Positions 21,701-30,274 of a DNA stretch of 64,000 bases are shown piece by piece. Position numbers and translations under genes: made by a program. The notes below the pieces were generated by a model. It made no database searches. It was given only the letters and a program-made list of their open reading frames with translations, and was not told the origin of the DNA. Source of the stretch: an uncultured Candidatus Saccharibacteria bacterium (GTDB lineage Bacteria > Patescibacteriota > Minisyncoccia > Phycocordibacterales > JACOZG01); assembly GCA_964648765.1 (NCBI GenBank), contig CAZYLF010000002.1, forward strand, positions 68,579 to 132,578. Direction: 5' to 3'. Each line of letters opens with the position of its first letter. The first letter of the stretch is position 1.

Positions 21701-21917
21701 TGGCGTAATGCTCATCGTATTTTGGCTTATCGATCTCAAAACCATTGAAAGCCAACTCAAACTTCTTTTCTGAATAGTCCTTAATTGGCGAAAACTCTTT
21801 AAACAACTCCTTTAGACCCTTGGTCACCAACCACTCATACGAGTCACGCTGAGTCTTGATGACATCAGGCATGGCAAGCAACGACTCACGATGTTTGGAA
21901 AAGTATTTTTTATTCAT
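18741..21917 (-). CDS. rpoB: DNA-directed RNA polymerase subunit beta
   Basis: 1058 aa. Conserved rif-cluster-like and C-terminal blocks ([27 protein letters not shown]). Confidence 0.97.
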   Translation of the reverse strand: [1058 protein letters not shown]

Positions 21918-22048
21918 TGAAAAAATAAGCTACCCACTTAAAAAATGGGTAAAAAGCTTAGGGTTTTAACTTATTTATAAATTGGTCTAATAAACTAAAA
22001 AACCTAATAAAATAAGCCAGCCGTAACACAATCGGGCGTATTACAGAG

Positions 22049-22076
22049 AGTATAATCATTTCACGCGAGTTGTCAA
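22049..22076 (-). promoter_or_regulatory. Sigma-70-type promoter for the rpoB-rpoC-dnaG-rpoD operon
   Basis: Minus strand reads TTGACA, a 16-nt spacer, then TATACT. Leader of about 130 nt to the rpoB ATG. Confidence 0.45.
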
Positions 22077-22123
22077 ATTTAGACCTGTCAAGATGTGGAT
22101 AATTTCATTTTTAGCCCTGAAAT

Positions 22124-22154
22124 GAAAAACGCCGTCAGGTCTCGTGACGGCGTT
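22124..22154 (-). terminator. Terminator of the 116-aa gene
   Basis: 10-bp stem aacgccgtca/tgacggcgtt followed by a short T-run on the minus strand. Confidence 0.45.
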
Positions 22155-22176
22155 TACTAATCGGCGATCAATTTGT

Positions 22177-22527
22177 TCATTTTTCGTATCCTTTCAAAAT
22201 CAAACGGGTTTCGATGAGTTCGGCAGCTTGGAGTCCGATCCTTCGCAAAATTTCTCGATTGGCGCCCCATGTTTTTGCACCAAAATAAATAAACATGAGA
22301 TCAAGATCCGAGGGACTGTCCCCAAGCAACGCTCGCCAAGCTTCTTCCACTCCGCGATCATCCAAGCTCTCGTCAAACAAATGACGACAAAGTGATGAAT
22401 GATCGTGTTTGGCCAGAGACTCAGTTGTCTCCTTCACCATCAATGACGCATGGTGAATTTCTTCTTCAAGTGCGTTCACTCGACGACACGAAAAGAAGTA
22501 CTCCGTCATCCGATTCTCACTCCCCAT
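22177..22527 (-). CDS. Hypothetical small protein
   Basis: 116 aa ORF with its own terminator downstream. Confidence 0.4.
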   Translation of the reverse strand: MGSENRMTEYFFSCRRVNALEEEIHHASLMVKETTESLAKHDHSSLCRHLFDESLDDRGVEEAWRALLGDSPSDLDLMFIYFGAKTWGANREILRRIGLQAAELIETRLILKGYEK

Positions 22528-22607
22528 TAGAACCCCTTTCTTAAAAAAGAACCGGCGATTTCTAAAAATTATCCTATCATACTTAGTATAAAAAGTAAAG
22601 GGGTGGA

Positions 22608-22641
22608 ATAAAAAAACACGCGGATCCGTAGGAACCGCGTG
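22608..22641 (-). terminator. Terminator of the 194-aa gene
   Basis: Minus strand reads cacgcggttcctacggatccgcgtg followed by ttttttt. Confidence 0.55.
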
Positions 22642-22671
22642 CGTGATTTTGGTTGTTGTTTATGATGGCTA

Positions 22672-23256
22672 CTACAGTAGCGTCTCCACGTCAGGATAGG
22701 ATGGAACAATGCGTAGGGCACTGTAATCCGCGTCCATAATCTTGCAGTGATCATGACCTTGCCGCTTAACTTCTAAGCCAGGTGGCACAATCACATTAAA
22801 GGCCCGACTACCGCAAGTTCCCTCTAAAATCGTGAATGATCCTTGGGCCACAAGAAATTCTTCTTGTGGCATTGCGTAGTCATACGGATGAGTTATCCTA
22901 CCGCCACGCTTCAGATATTCTCGGAGCCAGTCAGCGTATTCTTTCACCGTTGCCTGCCTGGCTAGGCCGATTTTGATTAGATTGTCTTTTTGGACATAAT
23001 CACCTCCGGCGCGGAAGGGATTTCTAATCATTTCCCGCTCCATTCTCCGCGGCGGTGGCGTCTGTTTCTTATTACCAGACACAAGTGCCAAAATGGCGAT
23101 AACTGGCACCCCAACAAAGAGCGTCCAAAACATCGTGTAGCCCAGCCACTTAGGTGCTCCGGCTGCCGCCAAGACAACTAAACTGCCAAATGAGCCGAAC
23201 AGCCAGACGACAAGAAACAGTAATGGGGTTGGTATCGACTTCGACGAACTTTCCAT
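22672..23256 (-). CDS. Hypothetical membrane-anchored protein
   Basis: Two N-terminal TM helices followed by a soluble domain. Confidence 0.45.
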   Translation of the reverse strand: MESSSKSIPTPLLFLVVWLFGSFGSLVVLAAAGAPKWLGYTMFWTLFVGVPVIAILALVSGNKKQTPPPRRMEREMIRNPFRAGGDYVQKDNLIKIGLARQATVKEYADWLREYLKRGGRITHPYDYAMPQEEFLVAQGSFTILEGTCGSRAFNVIVPPGLEVKRQGHDHCKIMDADYSALRIVPSYPDVETLL

Positions 23257-23404
23257 CTTCGCTTACCTCCTTAGGTTAGAGTTATTTAAAAGTCCAAGTT
23301 TTAAAGAGATTTCAATCTCTCAAACTTCTACCCAAGATTATACACATTTACCGTCACCTGTCAAGGATTACATGCCACTTGTGTATTGAGGACTTATCAG
23401 CGAT

Positions 23405-24325
23405 TTACCAACTACCACTAGAGCCACCACCGCCTGAGGAACCGCCGCCAAATCCTCCTCCCCCACCGCCGCCACCTGACCATCCACCAAATCCTCCGCC
23501 ACCTATCCACCAAGGTGGTTTAGTCCCATTGTTCTTGCTTTTACGAAAAGTCCGAGAGACTAAAAAATCAAAAAGAAAACCAAACAAAGTTAAAAATAAA
23601 GCAAACAAAGCCACTGAAAGAGTAGGTTCAAAATATAAAACTAAGGCGCCCAACACACCTCCAAGCACTCCCCCTAACCACCATGATTTTGATCTGGCTA
23701 AAATACTAATTAAGAATACTGGAATGAACAATAATAATTCAGCGAGTCCAAAAAACATAACAACAATCATCCCAGCATAATAATCAAGACTTGATTTATT
23801 ATTATCAGCAATTGGCTGTTCACCAGATGTGACAAGATTGTTAAGCGCATGAAACCCCAATTTTAGACCTTCACCAAAATTACCCGCTTTAAATTGCGGG
23901 ATAAAATAGTTATCAATAATTTTTTTACTTGCCAAGTCAGTGACCACCGGCTCAAGACCATAACCTACCTCAATTCTTACTTCGCGATCATCTTTAGCAA
24001 CTAAAATTAAGAGTCCATTATCATCTTTGGCTTTACCAATTCCCCAAGTGTTAAAAATTTGTTCTGCCACCTCTTCAACTGTGTAATCATTGAGCGTGGA
24101 AATCGTAACAATCGCCACCTCAACCCCTGTCTGACTTTCAAGCTCCGTAATCTGGCTCTCAAGCAAAGCTTCGTCGTCACTTGTTAATAAATCAGCATTG
24201 TCAGTGACATAATTTGAAGTCGTCTCAGGCAAGCCAAATAAAGATAAGTTAAACGCACCAGCAAAACCCGCACTCGCGGTTAAAACAGAAAGAGAAAATA
24301 TTAGGCTAAGAAGGATCTTTTTCAA
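23405..24325 (-). CDS. TPM-domain protein (YgcG/TLP18.3-like) with C-terminal TM and Gly-rich tail
   Basis: Signal peptide. TPM core YVTDNADLLTSDDEALLESQITELESQTGVEVAIVTISTL...GLLILVAKDDREVRIEVGYGLE. Tail GGGGFGGWSGGGGGGGGFGGGSSGGGG. Confidence 0.8.
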   Translation of the reverse strand: MKKILLSLIFSLSVLTASAGFAGAFNLSLFGLPETTSNYVTDNADLLTSDDEALLESQITELESQTGVEVAIVTISTLNDYTVEEVAEQIFNTWGIGKAKDDNGLLILVAKDDREVRIEVGYGLEPVVTDLASKKIIDNYFIPQFKAGNFGEGLKLGFHALNNLVTSGEQPIADNNKSSLDYYAGMIVVMFFGLAELLLFIPVFLISILARSKSWWLGGVLGGVLGALVLYFEPTLSVALFALFLTLFGFLFDFLVSRTFRKSKNNGTKPPWWIGGGGFGGWSGGGGGGGGFGGGSSGGGGSSGSW

Positions 24326-24881
24326 GATCGAGATTTACGGCTGGAGCAACTTCTGAACCTTCCACTGCATCAAAGTATGAGCGTTCCTCAAACCCAGTTA
24401 AGCTGGCAACTAAACTTGAAGGAACTCTTTTAACCATTAAGTTATAAACTCGTACTTCTTCATTGTAACGTCGGCGTTCCACACTTACGCGATTCTCTGT
24501 GCCCTCAAGTTGAGTCATTAGCGAGGTCACTGCTTCCACTGACCTAAGTGCTGGATAATTTTCTACAATTACTAACAAGCGGCCCAAAGCAGATTCCACT
24601 TGTGTGGCGGCGGCGGCCTTTTCATCCACACTTTGAGCACCGGCATATCTGGTGCGAGCATCGGCAATAGCAGTGAAAACTTCTTGCTCTTGGGTCAAAA
24701 TCCCCTTCACTGAAGCCACAAGATTTGGCACCAAATCAAACCGTCGTTGATATTGTGTCTCCACTTGCGCCCACTGGGTATCAATATTTTCATTGCCAGA
24801 AACTAAACGGTTATAAACGCTAAACCCATAAAAACCAAACACCACCACGATTATTAAGATAATGAGTAAAAGTTTTTTCAT
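24306..24881 (-). CDS. lemA: LemA family protein
   Basis: N-terminal TM then NRLVSGNENIDTQWAQVETQYQRRFDLVPNLV...ADARTRYAGA. Forms the canonical lemA-TPM pair. Confidence 0.85.
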   Translation of the reverse strand: MKKLLLIILIIVVVFGFYGFSVYNRLVSGNENIDTQWAQVETQYQRRFDLVPNLVASVKGILTQEQEVFTAIADARTRYAGAQSVDEKAAAATQVESALGRLLVIVENYPALRSVEAVTSLMTQLEGTENRVSVERRRYNEEVRVYNLMVKRVPSSLVASLTGFEERSYFDAVEGSEVAPAVNLDLEKDPS

Positions 24882-24910
24882 AAAATTTATTTAGTTATTA
24901 ACTTTTCAGA

Positions 24911-25570
24911 TTATAAACTTTCTTCTGACTTTTTCAACTTTTCTTGCCGCCACTCTTCAATATTTTTGTGATTGCCAGAGAGAAGAACTTTGGGTACGCG
25001 ATATTTTTTCTTTTTATAAATTAAAACTTCTGGGCGAGTGTAAACTTCCGGACTTGCTGTCCGAGATTCTTCAAGCGACTCAAGCTTACCAAGCACGCCA
25101 GGGATCTGACGCGCCACCGCGTCCATCACCACGAGCGCCGGCAATTCACCGCCTGTTAAAACATAAGGACCGATCGAGATTTCTTCAGCCCTTAAAATCT
25201 TCCCAACTCGGGCATCCAAACCTTCATACCTTCCGGCGATTAAAATAATATCTTTTTCTTTTGCCAATTTAGCTGCCATCTCATTATCAAACTGTTTCCC
25301 CGATGGCGAAAAAATAATAATTTTGGGCTTTTTAGCTAATTTTTTTGTTACCTTCTCCACAGCTTTAAGAAGCGGCTCAGCACGGAGAACCATGCCCGGT
25401 CCACCAGCATATGGTCTATCATCTGGCCGCTCGTGCTGCCTCAGCAAAAAATCAAAGACGTTTATCGCTTTGATTTTAAGCTTACCTATTTTGATCGCTC
25501 GACCGATTATGGAACTTTTTAGATACGAGTCGAGAGAATCAGGAAAAAGTGTAACAACGTGAAAGTTCAA
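24911..25570 (-). CDS. trmD: tRNA (guanine37-N1)-methyltransferase
   Basis: MNFHVVTLFPDSLDSYLKSSIIGRA...RPYAGGPGMVLRAEPL. Confidence 0.9.
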   Translation of the reverse strand: MNFHVVTLFPDSLDSYLKSSIIGRAIKIGKLKIKAINVFDFLLRQHERPDDRPYAGGPGMVLRAEPLLKAVEKVTKKLAKKPKIIIFSPSGKQFDNEMAAKLAKEKDIILIAGRYEGLDARVGKILRAEEISIGPYVLTGGELPALVVMDAVARQIPGVLGKLESLEESRTASPEVYTRPEVLIYKKKKYRVPKVLLSGNHKNIEEWRQEKLKKSEESL

Positions 25571-25571
25571 A

Positions 25572-25889
25572 TTAGTTCTTGAGGTCCTCCATCACTTGGT
25601 CTACAGAATCGCTGGTACTCACTCTCTCGCGACCACCTTCTGGTTCATTAATTTTCAAATTTACGCGAGCATTATTCTTCATTCCTACCACGCGGAGTAA
25701 GGTGCGGATGGCTTTGGCAGTATTACCTTGGCGACCAATGATCTTACCCATGTCAGCTGGGTTAACGTCTAGAGTCATGAGCACGCCCATCTCATCTACT
25801 TTGCGATTGATCTTCACATCGCTCGGATTATCAACTAAAGATTTAACTACATAATCAAGAAACTCTTGATCGAGAAGCTTTTCAGTCAT
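25572..25889 (-). CDS. khpA: KH-domain RNA-binding protein (YlqC/KhpA, UPF0109)
   Basis: VGMKNNARVNLKI...GKIIGRQGNTAKAIRTLL KH GxxG motif. Classic position between rpsP and trmD. Confidence 0.7.
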   Translation of the reverse strand: MTEKLLDQEFLDYVVKSLVDNPSDVKINRKVDEMGVLMTLDVNPADMGKIIGRQGNTAKAIRTLLRVVGMKNNARVNLKINEPEGGRERVSTSDSVDQVMEDLKN

Positions 25890-25935
25890 ATTATCAATTA
25901 TCTAAACTTACTAGTAATGAGAGGACAGTCGCGAC

Positions 25936-26304
25936 TTATTTTTCTGTCTCTGCTCCAGTTAATTGTACCTCGGCTGGAACCGGAGCGTCAACAACTTTTT
26001 CAACTACTGGCTCAACTGGTTTAACCGGCTTTGGTCCGAGCACATTAATTTTTTTACCTGTGGTAACTTTTTTATCGATCAATAAATTGTGCACTGTGGG
26101 TGTGGCTTGAGCACCATGAGAGAGCCAATGCTTAACGCGTTCAACCTTGAGATTGGTTAAACCTCCACGGCCTTTGCGTGGATCGTAAGCAGCAAGGAGT
26201 TCATTGAACTTACCGCTTTTAGTGCTGTTTTGAGAATCGGTAGCCACAAGCCGAAATACCGGTTCATGCTTCCTACCAATCCGCTGTAACCTTAACTTAA
26301 TCAT
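25936..26304 (-). CDS. rpsP: 30S ribosomal protein S16 with a Lys/Pro/Val-rich C-terminal extension
   Basis: MIKLRLQRIGRKHEPVFRLVATDSQNSTKSGKFNELLAAYDPRKG. Internal ATG at 26304 chosen over the longer ORF-track start. Confidence 0.9.
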   Translation of the reverse strand: MIKLRLQRIGRKHEPVFRLVATDSQNSTKSGKFNELLAAYDPRKGRGGLTNLKVERVKHWLSHGAQATPTVHNLLIDKKVTTGKKINVLGPKPVKPVEPVVEKVVDAPVPAEVQLTGAETEK

Positions 26305-26337
26305 GGGGCTAAAATTAGCATAGCTAACTAAAAAAGG

Positions 26338-26379
26338 CAAGAAAAAAGCCCCGCTCACCTTGTGAAAGGTTCGCGGGGC
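26338..26379 (-). terminator. Rho-independent terminator of the GHKL-ATPase operon, immediately upstream of the rpsP start
   Basis: Minus strand reads gccccgcgaacctttcacaaggtgagcggggc followed by ttttttc. Confidence 0.55.
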
Positions 26380-26405
26380 AAATACTACATGATACGCTGT
26401 GCAGA

Positions 26406-28139
26406 TTAGCCGAACACTTTTTTGGGCAACTTTTGTTTACCCTTAGCCGTCGTCGGTTTTCTTGCACCCTTCGCATCGCTATTCAGAATAAGAAAGACCT
26501 CTGCCTGGATCAAACGATCAAAGGCTCGTTTCAGAACCATTCGATCACCCGGCAAGAGAGAGTAAAGGGTGAGGACCTGAATCGCCACAAATTGCTGAAA
26601 GCGTGTGAGGGCCGCATCGCTACGTTCATCACAAGCCACAAACAATTCGTTGGCGATGTTATAGGTTAGGAGCCCAGTCTGATCATCAAAGCTCCAGACC
26701 TCAGAAGCCAACAAACGCTGGTAGTCAAACTGAAGTCCAAGACTGTTTGACTTAACAATCGTACGCTTGGTACCACGGCCACCAAAAACCGAAAGTGGGA
26801 TATGATCTGGACGCTCCTTCTCACCGGGGCCACTCGGCCCTCGACCACCACTAGGTGAATTAGGGGTTTTACCCTTATCATCACCTACCGCAAGAGAGGT
26901 CTCGGATTGCTCGCCCTTGACCTTCTTTTCTGGCACATCAGCATGATTGACACCAACACTGCCAAACTTAAGCCCCTTAACCACTCCAAGAAGATGGGCT
27001 TGCTTCGGATCACCGAAGAGCTTCTCCAGCAAACTCATGGCACGAGTGCCAATATCTTGCCAGCGAGTACTCTTCTTGGCCTGCTTTACTTCCGAATAAA
27101 GCACCTCGCCCCAACGCTTCCACCACTCTTCAATGGCAACAGCAAAGGAAATCCAGGCGTCGTCCTTGGCAAAGGAATTACGGTCTGCTAAGAGCGTAAC
27201 CTTTTCCGCCAAAATCTCACCTTCAAAGAATCCAGAATTCAAAGCATCAATGATCTCTTCATCCAACTGCCCCTCAAGCGACCGCAAAAAATAGAACATC
27301 GGAAAACGGAAGTCATTACCGAGGACACCGGTTACGATTTTCCCCTTGCGATCCTTCGGGACAAAGAGGGTGAACTTTACTCGACCCGCAAGTGAATTGC
27401 TAACCACGCGCTCTTCGAGCGGAGTTCCGTTGAAGATTGGTGCGCTCACATTGAGACGCTCCTCCTTCTTGCCATCTGGGCGCACCACAATCACATTAAC
27501 CTTAACGCGATTGCGACGCATCGTCACTCGAAAACGGTCTTGAATTGCATGCACCAGATTATCAATGGAGATAGCGCTGATCGAATCATCTTTGACAAAA
27601 CCATCAAGTGCCATCTCAGAACGCCATTCGAGCCTCTGGCCAGTCTTGCTATTGACGTTACCAAAAACCAGATCCCGTCGCTCCTCCATCGGAACCGACA
27701 GGCGGTCGCGACTTGCGATCAATTTAGCACTGTCAAACACCCATTGATAGTACGGGGTCTTCTGCCCTACCGGGCAGGAGGTAAAGGTGTGCTGTCGGCA
27801 TTTGCCAACTGGGCTCACCAGACCAATACCAAACTGACCAAGCGCATCCTTACCTTTGCGGTTGGGGTCAGCAATCGTCCGAAGAGCAGCGTTAAACTGC
27901 TCCTCTGTCGTACCGTTCCCATTGTCGCGCACCGTCAACCGACGAGTCGCAAAGTTGACATAAATGTCAACACGCGTGGCTTGAACATCGGTATCAATTG
28001 CGTTCTGCACCAACTCAAGGATGGTGTCAAAAAGTGTCGGGTAACGACCCGCCAAATGACCGAGAATTGCCCCCATATTGAAACCAAGGGGCACAAATTT
28101 CGGCGACGGATTAACAGTGGCACTACTTGCCATGACCAT
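26406..28139 (-). CDS. GHKL-superfamily ATPase of the MORC/HtpG/MutL-like (HATPase_c_3-type) group; the C-terminal ~380 aa is unassigned
   Basis: Bergerat motifs: N-box ILELVQNAIDT, G1 box VRDNGNGT, G2 box GQFGIGLVSPVGK. 577 aa. 17-nt overlap with the upstream HTH gene. Confidence 0.7.
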   Translation of the reverse strand: MVMASSATVNPSPKFVPLGFNMGAILGHLAGRYPTLFDTILELVQNAIDTDVQATRVDIYVNFATRRLTVRDNGNGTTEEQFNAALRTIADPNRKGKDALGQFGIGLVSPVGKCRQHTFTSCPVGQKTPYYQWVFDSAKLIASRDRLSVPMEERRDLVFGNVNSKTGQRLEWRSEMALDGFVKDDSISAISIDNLVHAIQDRFRVTMRRNRVKVNVIVVRPDGKKEERLNVSAPIFNGTPLEERVVSNSLAGRVKFTLFVPKDRKGKIVTGVLGNDFRFPMFYFLRSLEGQLDEEIIDALNSGFFEGEILAEKVTLLADRNSFAKDDAWISFAVAIEEWWKRWGEVLYSEVKQAKKSTRWQDIGTRAMSLLEKLFGDPKQAHLLGVVKGLKFGSVGVNHADVPEKKVKGEQSETSLAVGDDKGKTPNSPSGGRGPSGPGEKERPDHIPLSVFGGRGTKRTIVKSNSLGLQFDYQRLLASEVWSFDDQTGLLTYNIANELFVACDERSDAALTRFQQFVAIQVLTLYSLLPGDRMVLKRAFDRLIQAEVFLILNSDAKGARKPTTAKGKQKLPKKVFG

Positions 28140-28938
28140 TCTCCTTCTCTTTCTGTTTCAGCTCATCACAGTAGGACTCCGTGGCCCGTTCACCGCAAAG
28201 AGCATTCAAAACTATCGAACAATCTGCAATGGAGTGACCACTTCTTTCACAAAGCGAACGCAAGAAACGTCGCTCAGCGGGAGTATATTGCTCAGTTACC
28301 ACCTGGCTTGCCAAGCGATGAACGGCTGACACAATATCAACCAAAGTTAACACTACAGCACTGCGCGCTTCTGAATTTTCTGCACTGTTTTGCGTATCTT
28401 GTTTGTGCTGAGGCGATGGTTTGGAGCCTTCGAGTTCAGCATCATCCATAATAACTGCAATCTCTTTTTTCCAGTGACTCATCAGCTCATGATTTCTTGA
28501 CCGCAGCCGAGCGTTGATTTCTTCCATGATCGAAAGCTTATCGGGCGATAATGGTGAATCCCCATTAATCATCCGGTAAACGGTAGATTCATTTAAATTG
28601 AACTGCCTCACCAACTCAGAGGTCGAAACCAACCCAAGGGCGACGTTGGAGAAAAGTTCCCTAACTTCACTACCCGATCGCTCTCGCTCCAACTGATGAT
28701 AACCGGCCAACTCAAGAAAAAGCTTCAGTTTAGGCGAGACCTTCTGAAGCTCAAACTTGTCGTCCCTACTACCACGAAACCAACGTCTCATGGTTGATTC
28801 ATCAACTTCGAGTAGATTCTCAATGCGCTTGCGCACATTAAAAAGACCGTCTGTCTCGTTTCTTTTTTGAACAATATCTCTCAAAAATGCTGAGAAGCAT
28901 TCGGATGTTGTTCCACGAAATCTTACCTTGTTTGGCAT
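28123..28938 (-). CDS. HTH-domain protein co-operonic with the GHKL ATPase
   Basis: Helix-turn-helix-like segments ...LEVDESTMRRWFRG... and ...LVRQFNLNESTVYRMINGD... Acidic/basic C-terminal half. Confidence 0.5.
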   Translation of the reverse strand: MPNKVRFRGTTSECFSAFLRDIVQKRNETDGLFNVRKRIENLLEVDESTMRRWFRGSRDDKFELQKVSPKLKLFLELAGYHQLERERSGSEVRELFSNVALGLVSTSELVRQFNLNESTVYRMINGDSPLSPDKLSIMEEINARLRSRNHELMSHWKKEIAVIMDDAELEGSKPSPQHKQDTQNSAENSEARSAVVLTLVDIVSAVHRLASQVVTEQYTPAERRFLRSLCERSGHSIADCSIVLNALCGERATESYCDELKQKEKENGHGK

Positions 28939-29201
28939 TGTTCCCCCTTTCTGTTTCTGATTTCTATTGGTTTAGCAAAACCCGCTCTCAAGCCTCCAGC
29001 AAAGAGCATGATATTTCCGAGTTCAACCATTTGTCTTCTCTCGGGTTCACCATCCCCTTGCCAGTTGGATATCGAAAAAGTAACACTGTCACCTTCATCA
29101 ATTCCCAACTCAACAGCTTGATCATCAAGCACCGGCCAAGTCACGGCATAGCGACTATCGCTAGGCCCAGTAACTAAAGCCACCTCTGCTTTGATTACCA
29201 C
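28923..29201 (-). CDS. Small protein, possibly a SpoVT/AbrB-type swapped-hairpin domain; first gene of the island operon
   Basis: GTG start with RBS AAGGAGGAG. Segment RYAVTWPVLDDQAVELGIDEGDSVTFSIS resembles the AbrB/MazE V-x-I-P-x-x-x-R-x-x-L-G-I-x-x-G-D pattern. Confidence 0.35.
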   Translation of the reverse strand: MVIKAEVALVTGPSDSRYAVTWPVLDDQAVELGIDEGDSVTFSISNWQGDGEPERRQMVELGNIMLFAGGLRAGFAKPIEIRNRKGEQCQTR

Positions 29202-29312
29202 ATCTCTCCTCCTTTCTAATTCTTATTCTGAAAAGTTTTCAAAGACCATCCCCATCCACCCAATGTGGATTTCTAAGTACTTAACTATCATGTTAAAGTA
29301 ATAAAGTCAATT

Positions 29313-29341
29313 CTTGACAAGGGTTTCAATAGATGCATAAT
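29313..29341 (+). promoter_or_regulatory. Sigma-70-like promoter for the divergent plus-strand gene pair
   Basis: TTGACA, 16-17 nt, then cATAATg. Confidence 0.4.
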
Positions 29342-29403
29342 GTCCAACAGTTAAGCAAGGTTCTTTGGAAAGTTAGGAGGTGGTTTATCTGGATGAAGTT
29401 GTA

Positions 29404-29682
29404 ATGGCGATGGTAAAAAAGATTGTATCAAAGCCAGAACGTGGACCGCCGTACGCGGTGGCCAAAGCCGTTGGGATTAAGGGTTCAATAACCTTTAGGT
29501 TAACTCCCCCAGTGTGGTGTGATGACTCACCCCCAGAGGAAGGGGTTGCCGTCCGACTCACAAAACTTAAAAAGTTAGAGCGCGGATGGCGAGCAATGTC
29601 TGGACGGTTGTGGAAGCCGTCAGACGAAATTAAGCAGGGCCAAGAGCCCAAGCAGTCGGCTAAGCCGACAAGGAGCAAGTAG
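29404..29682 (+). CDS. Hypothetical small basic protein; start uncertain (the ORF track begins at GTG 29380 inside the RBS)
   Basis: RBS AGGAGGTG at 29375-29382. ORF ends TAG and overlaps the next GTG start by 1 nt. Confidence 0.35.
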   Translation: MAMVKKIVSKPERGPPYAVAKAVGIKGSITFRLTPPVWCDDSPPEEGVAVRLTKLKKLERGWRAMSGRLWKPSDEIKQGQEPKQSAKPTRSK

Positions 29683-30248
29683 TGAATAAACACGAGGTAA
29701 CGAAATTGCTGCTGAATCAATTTGGTGAAAATTGCAAACAGCTCGAAAAGCTGTGGCAAAACGCGATGAAGATGGTTAACGTTGAGCGAGAAAGGCTCAA
29801 CAAAATACACGGCGAGAAACTGGTCGACGCTCTGTTCAACACCCTTGGGATTACCCTCCCACCCATGTCGACCAAGAAAAAGGTAAAGGTGCCCAATGAG
29901 GACCAAAACCAAGCAAAGATGGCCAAAAAGTCCGCTGTCACCGTAACGCCCAAGAAGAAAAAGCGGCCGACGCCGAAGTATGATTTGCCTTACAACCAGT
30001 TGCGTGACCACGTATTGCAGTGGCTCACAGAAAATCCACCCCAGGATCAATTCACCAGTAAACAAGCCGTTGAGATCATGAGGATACGTCTCGGCAGCAA
30101 CTCATTTGATTCAGGGCACGTTTCTTTGGCACTCTTACATCTCACTGGCGTCAAACATATCGGTAGGCTGAGTCAGAATGGTGGGCCCCAAATCAACGTC
30201 TACCAGTTGACTGGCGAACAGATTGAAAAAAAGAAAGCCGGAAAGTAA
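29682..30248 (+). CDS. Hypothetical protein with a Lys-rich central linker
   Basis: GTG start with AAGGAG RBS. 188 aa. Followed by a strong terminator. Confidence 0.45.
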   Translation: MNKHEVTKLLLNQFGENCKQLEKLWQNAMKMVNVERERLNKIHGEKLVDALFNTLGITLPPMSTKKKVKVPNEDQNQAKMAKKSAVTVTPKKKKRPTPKYDLPYNQLRDHVLQWLTENPPQDQFTSKQAVEIMRIRLGSNSFDSGHVSLALLHLTGVKHIGRLSQNGGPQINVYQLTGEQIEKKKAGK

Positions 30249-30274
30249 CAACTTTCTGGCCGTTTCAAACCCCG

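Noticed and set aside
23379-23780. 133-aa poly-proline ORF (PPPPEEPPPNPPPPPPPPDHPPNPPPP) on the plus strand
   Set aside because: It is the reverse-complement reading of the Gly-rich C-terminal tail of the TPM-domain gene (23405-24325, minus strand). It has no RBS or promoter and is an antisense artefact of low-complexity sequence.
27540-28451. 303-aa plus-strand ORF across the GHKL ATPase region
   Set aside because: It lies entirely antisense to the well-supported ATPase and HTH genes. It has no conserved motifs, and its composition is typical of shadow ORFs.
29385-30065. 226-aa minus-strand ORF overlapping the plus-strand 100-aa and 188-aa genes
   Set aside because: Low-complexity Leu/Phe-rich translation with no start context. 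The plus-strand genes have GGAG ribosome-binding sites, a promoter and a terminator, so the plus strand was preferred.
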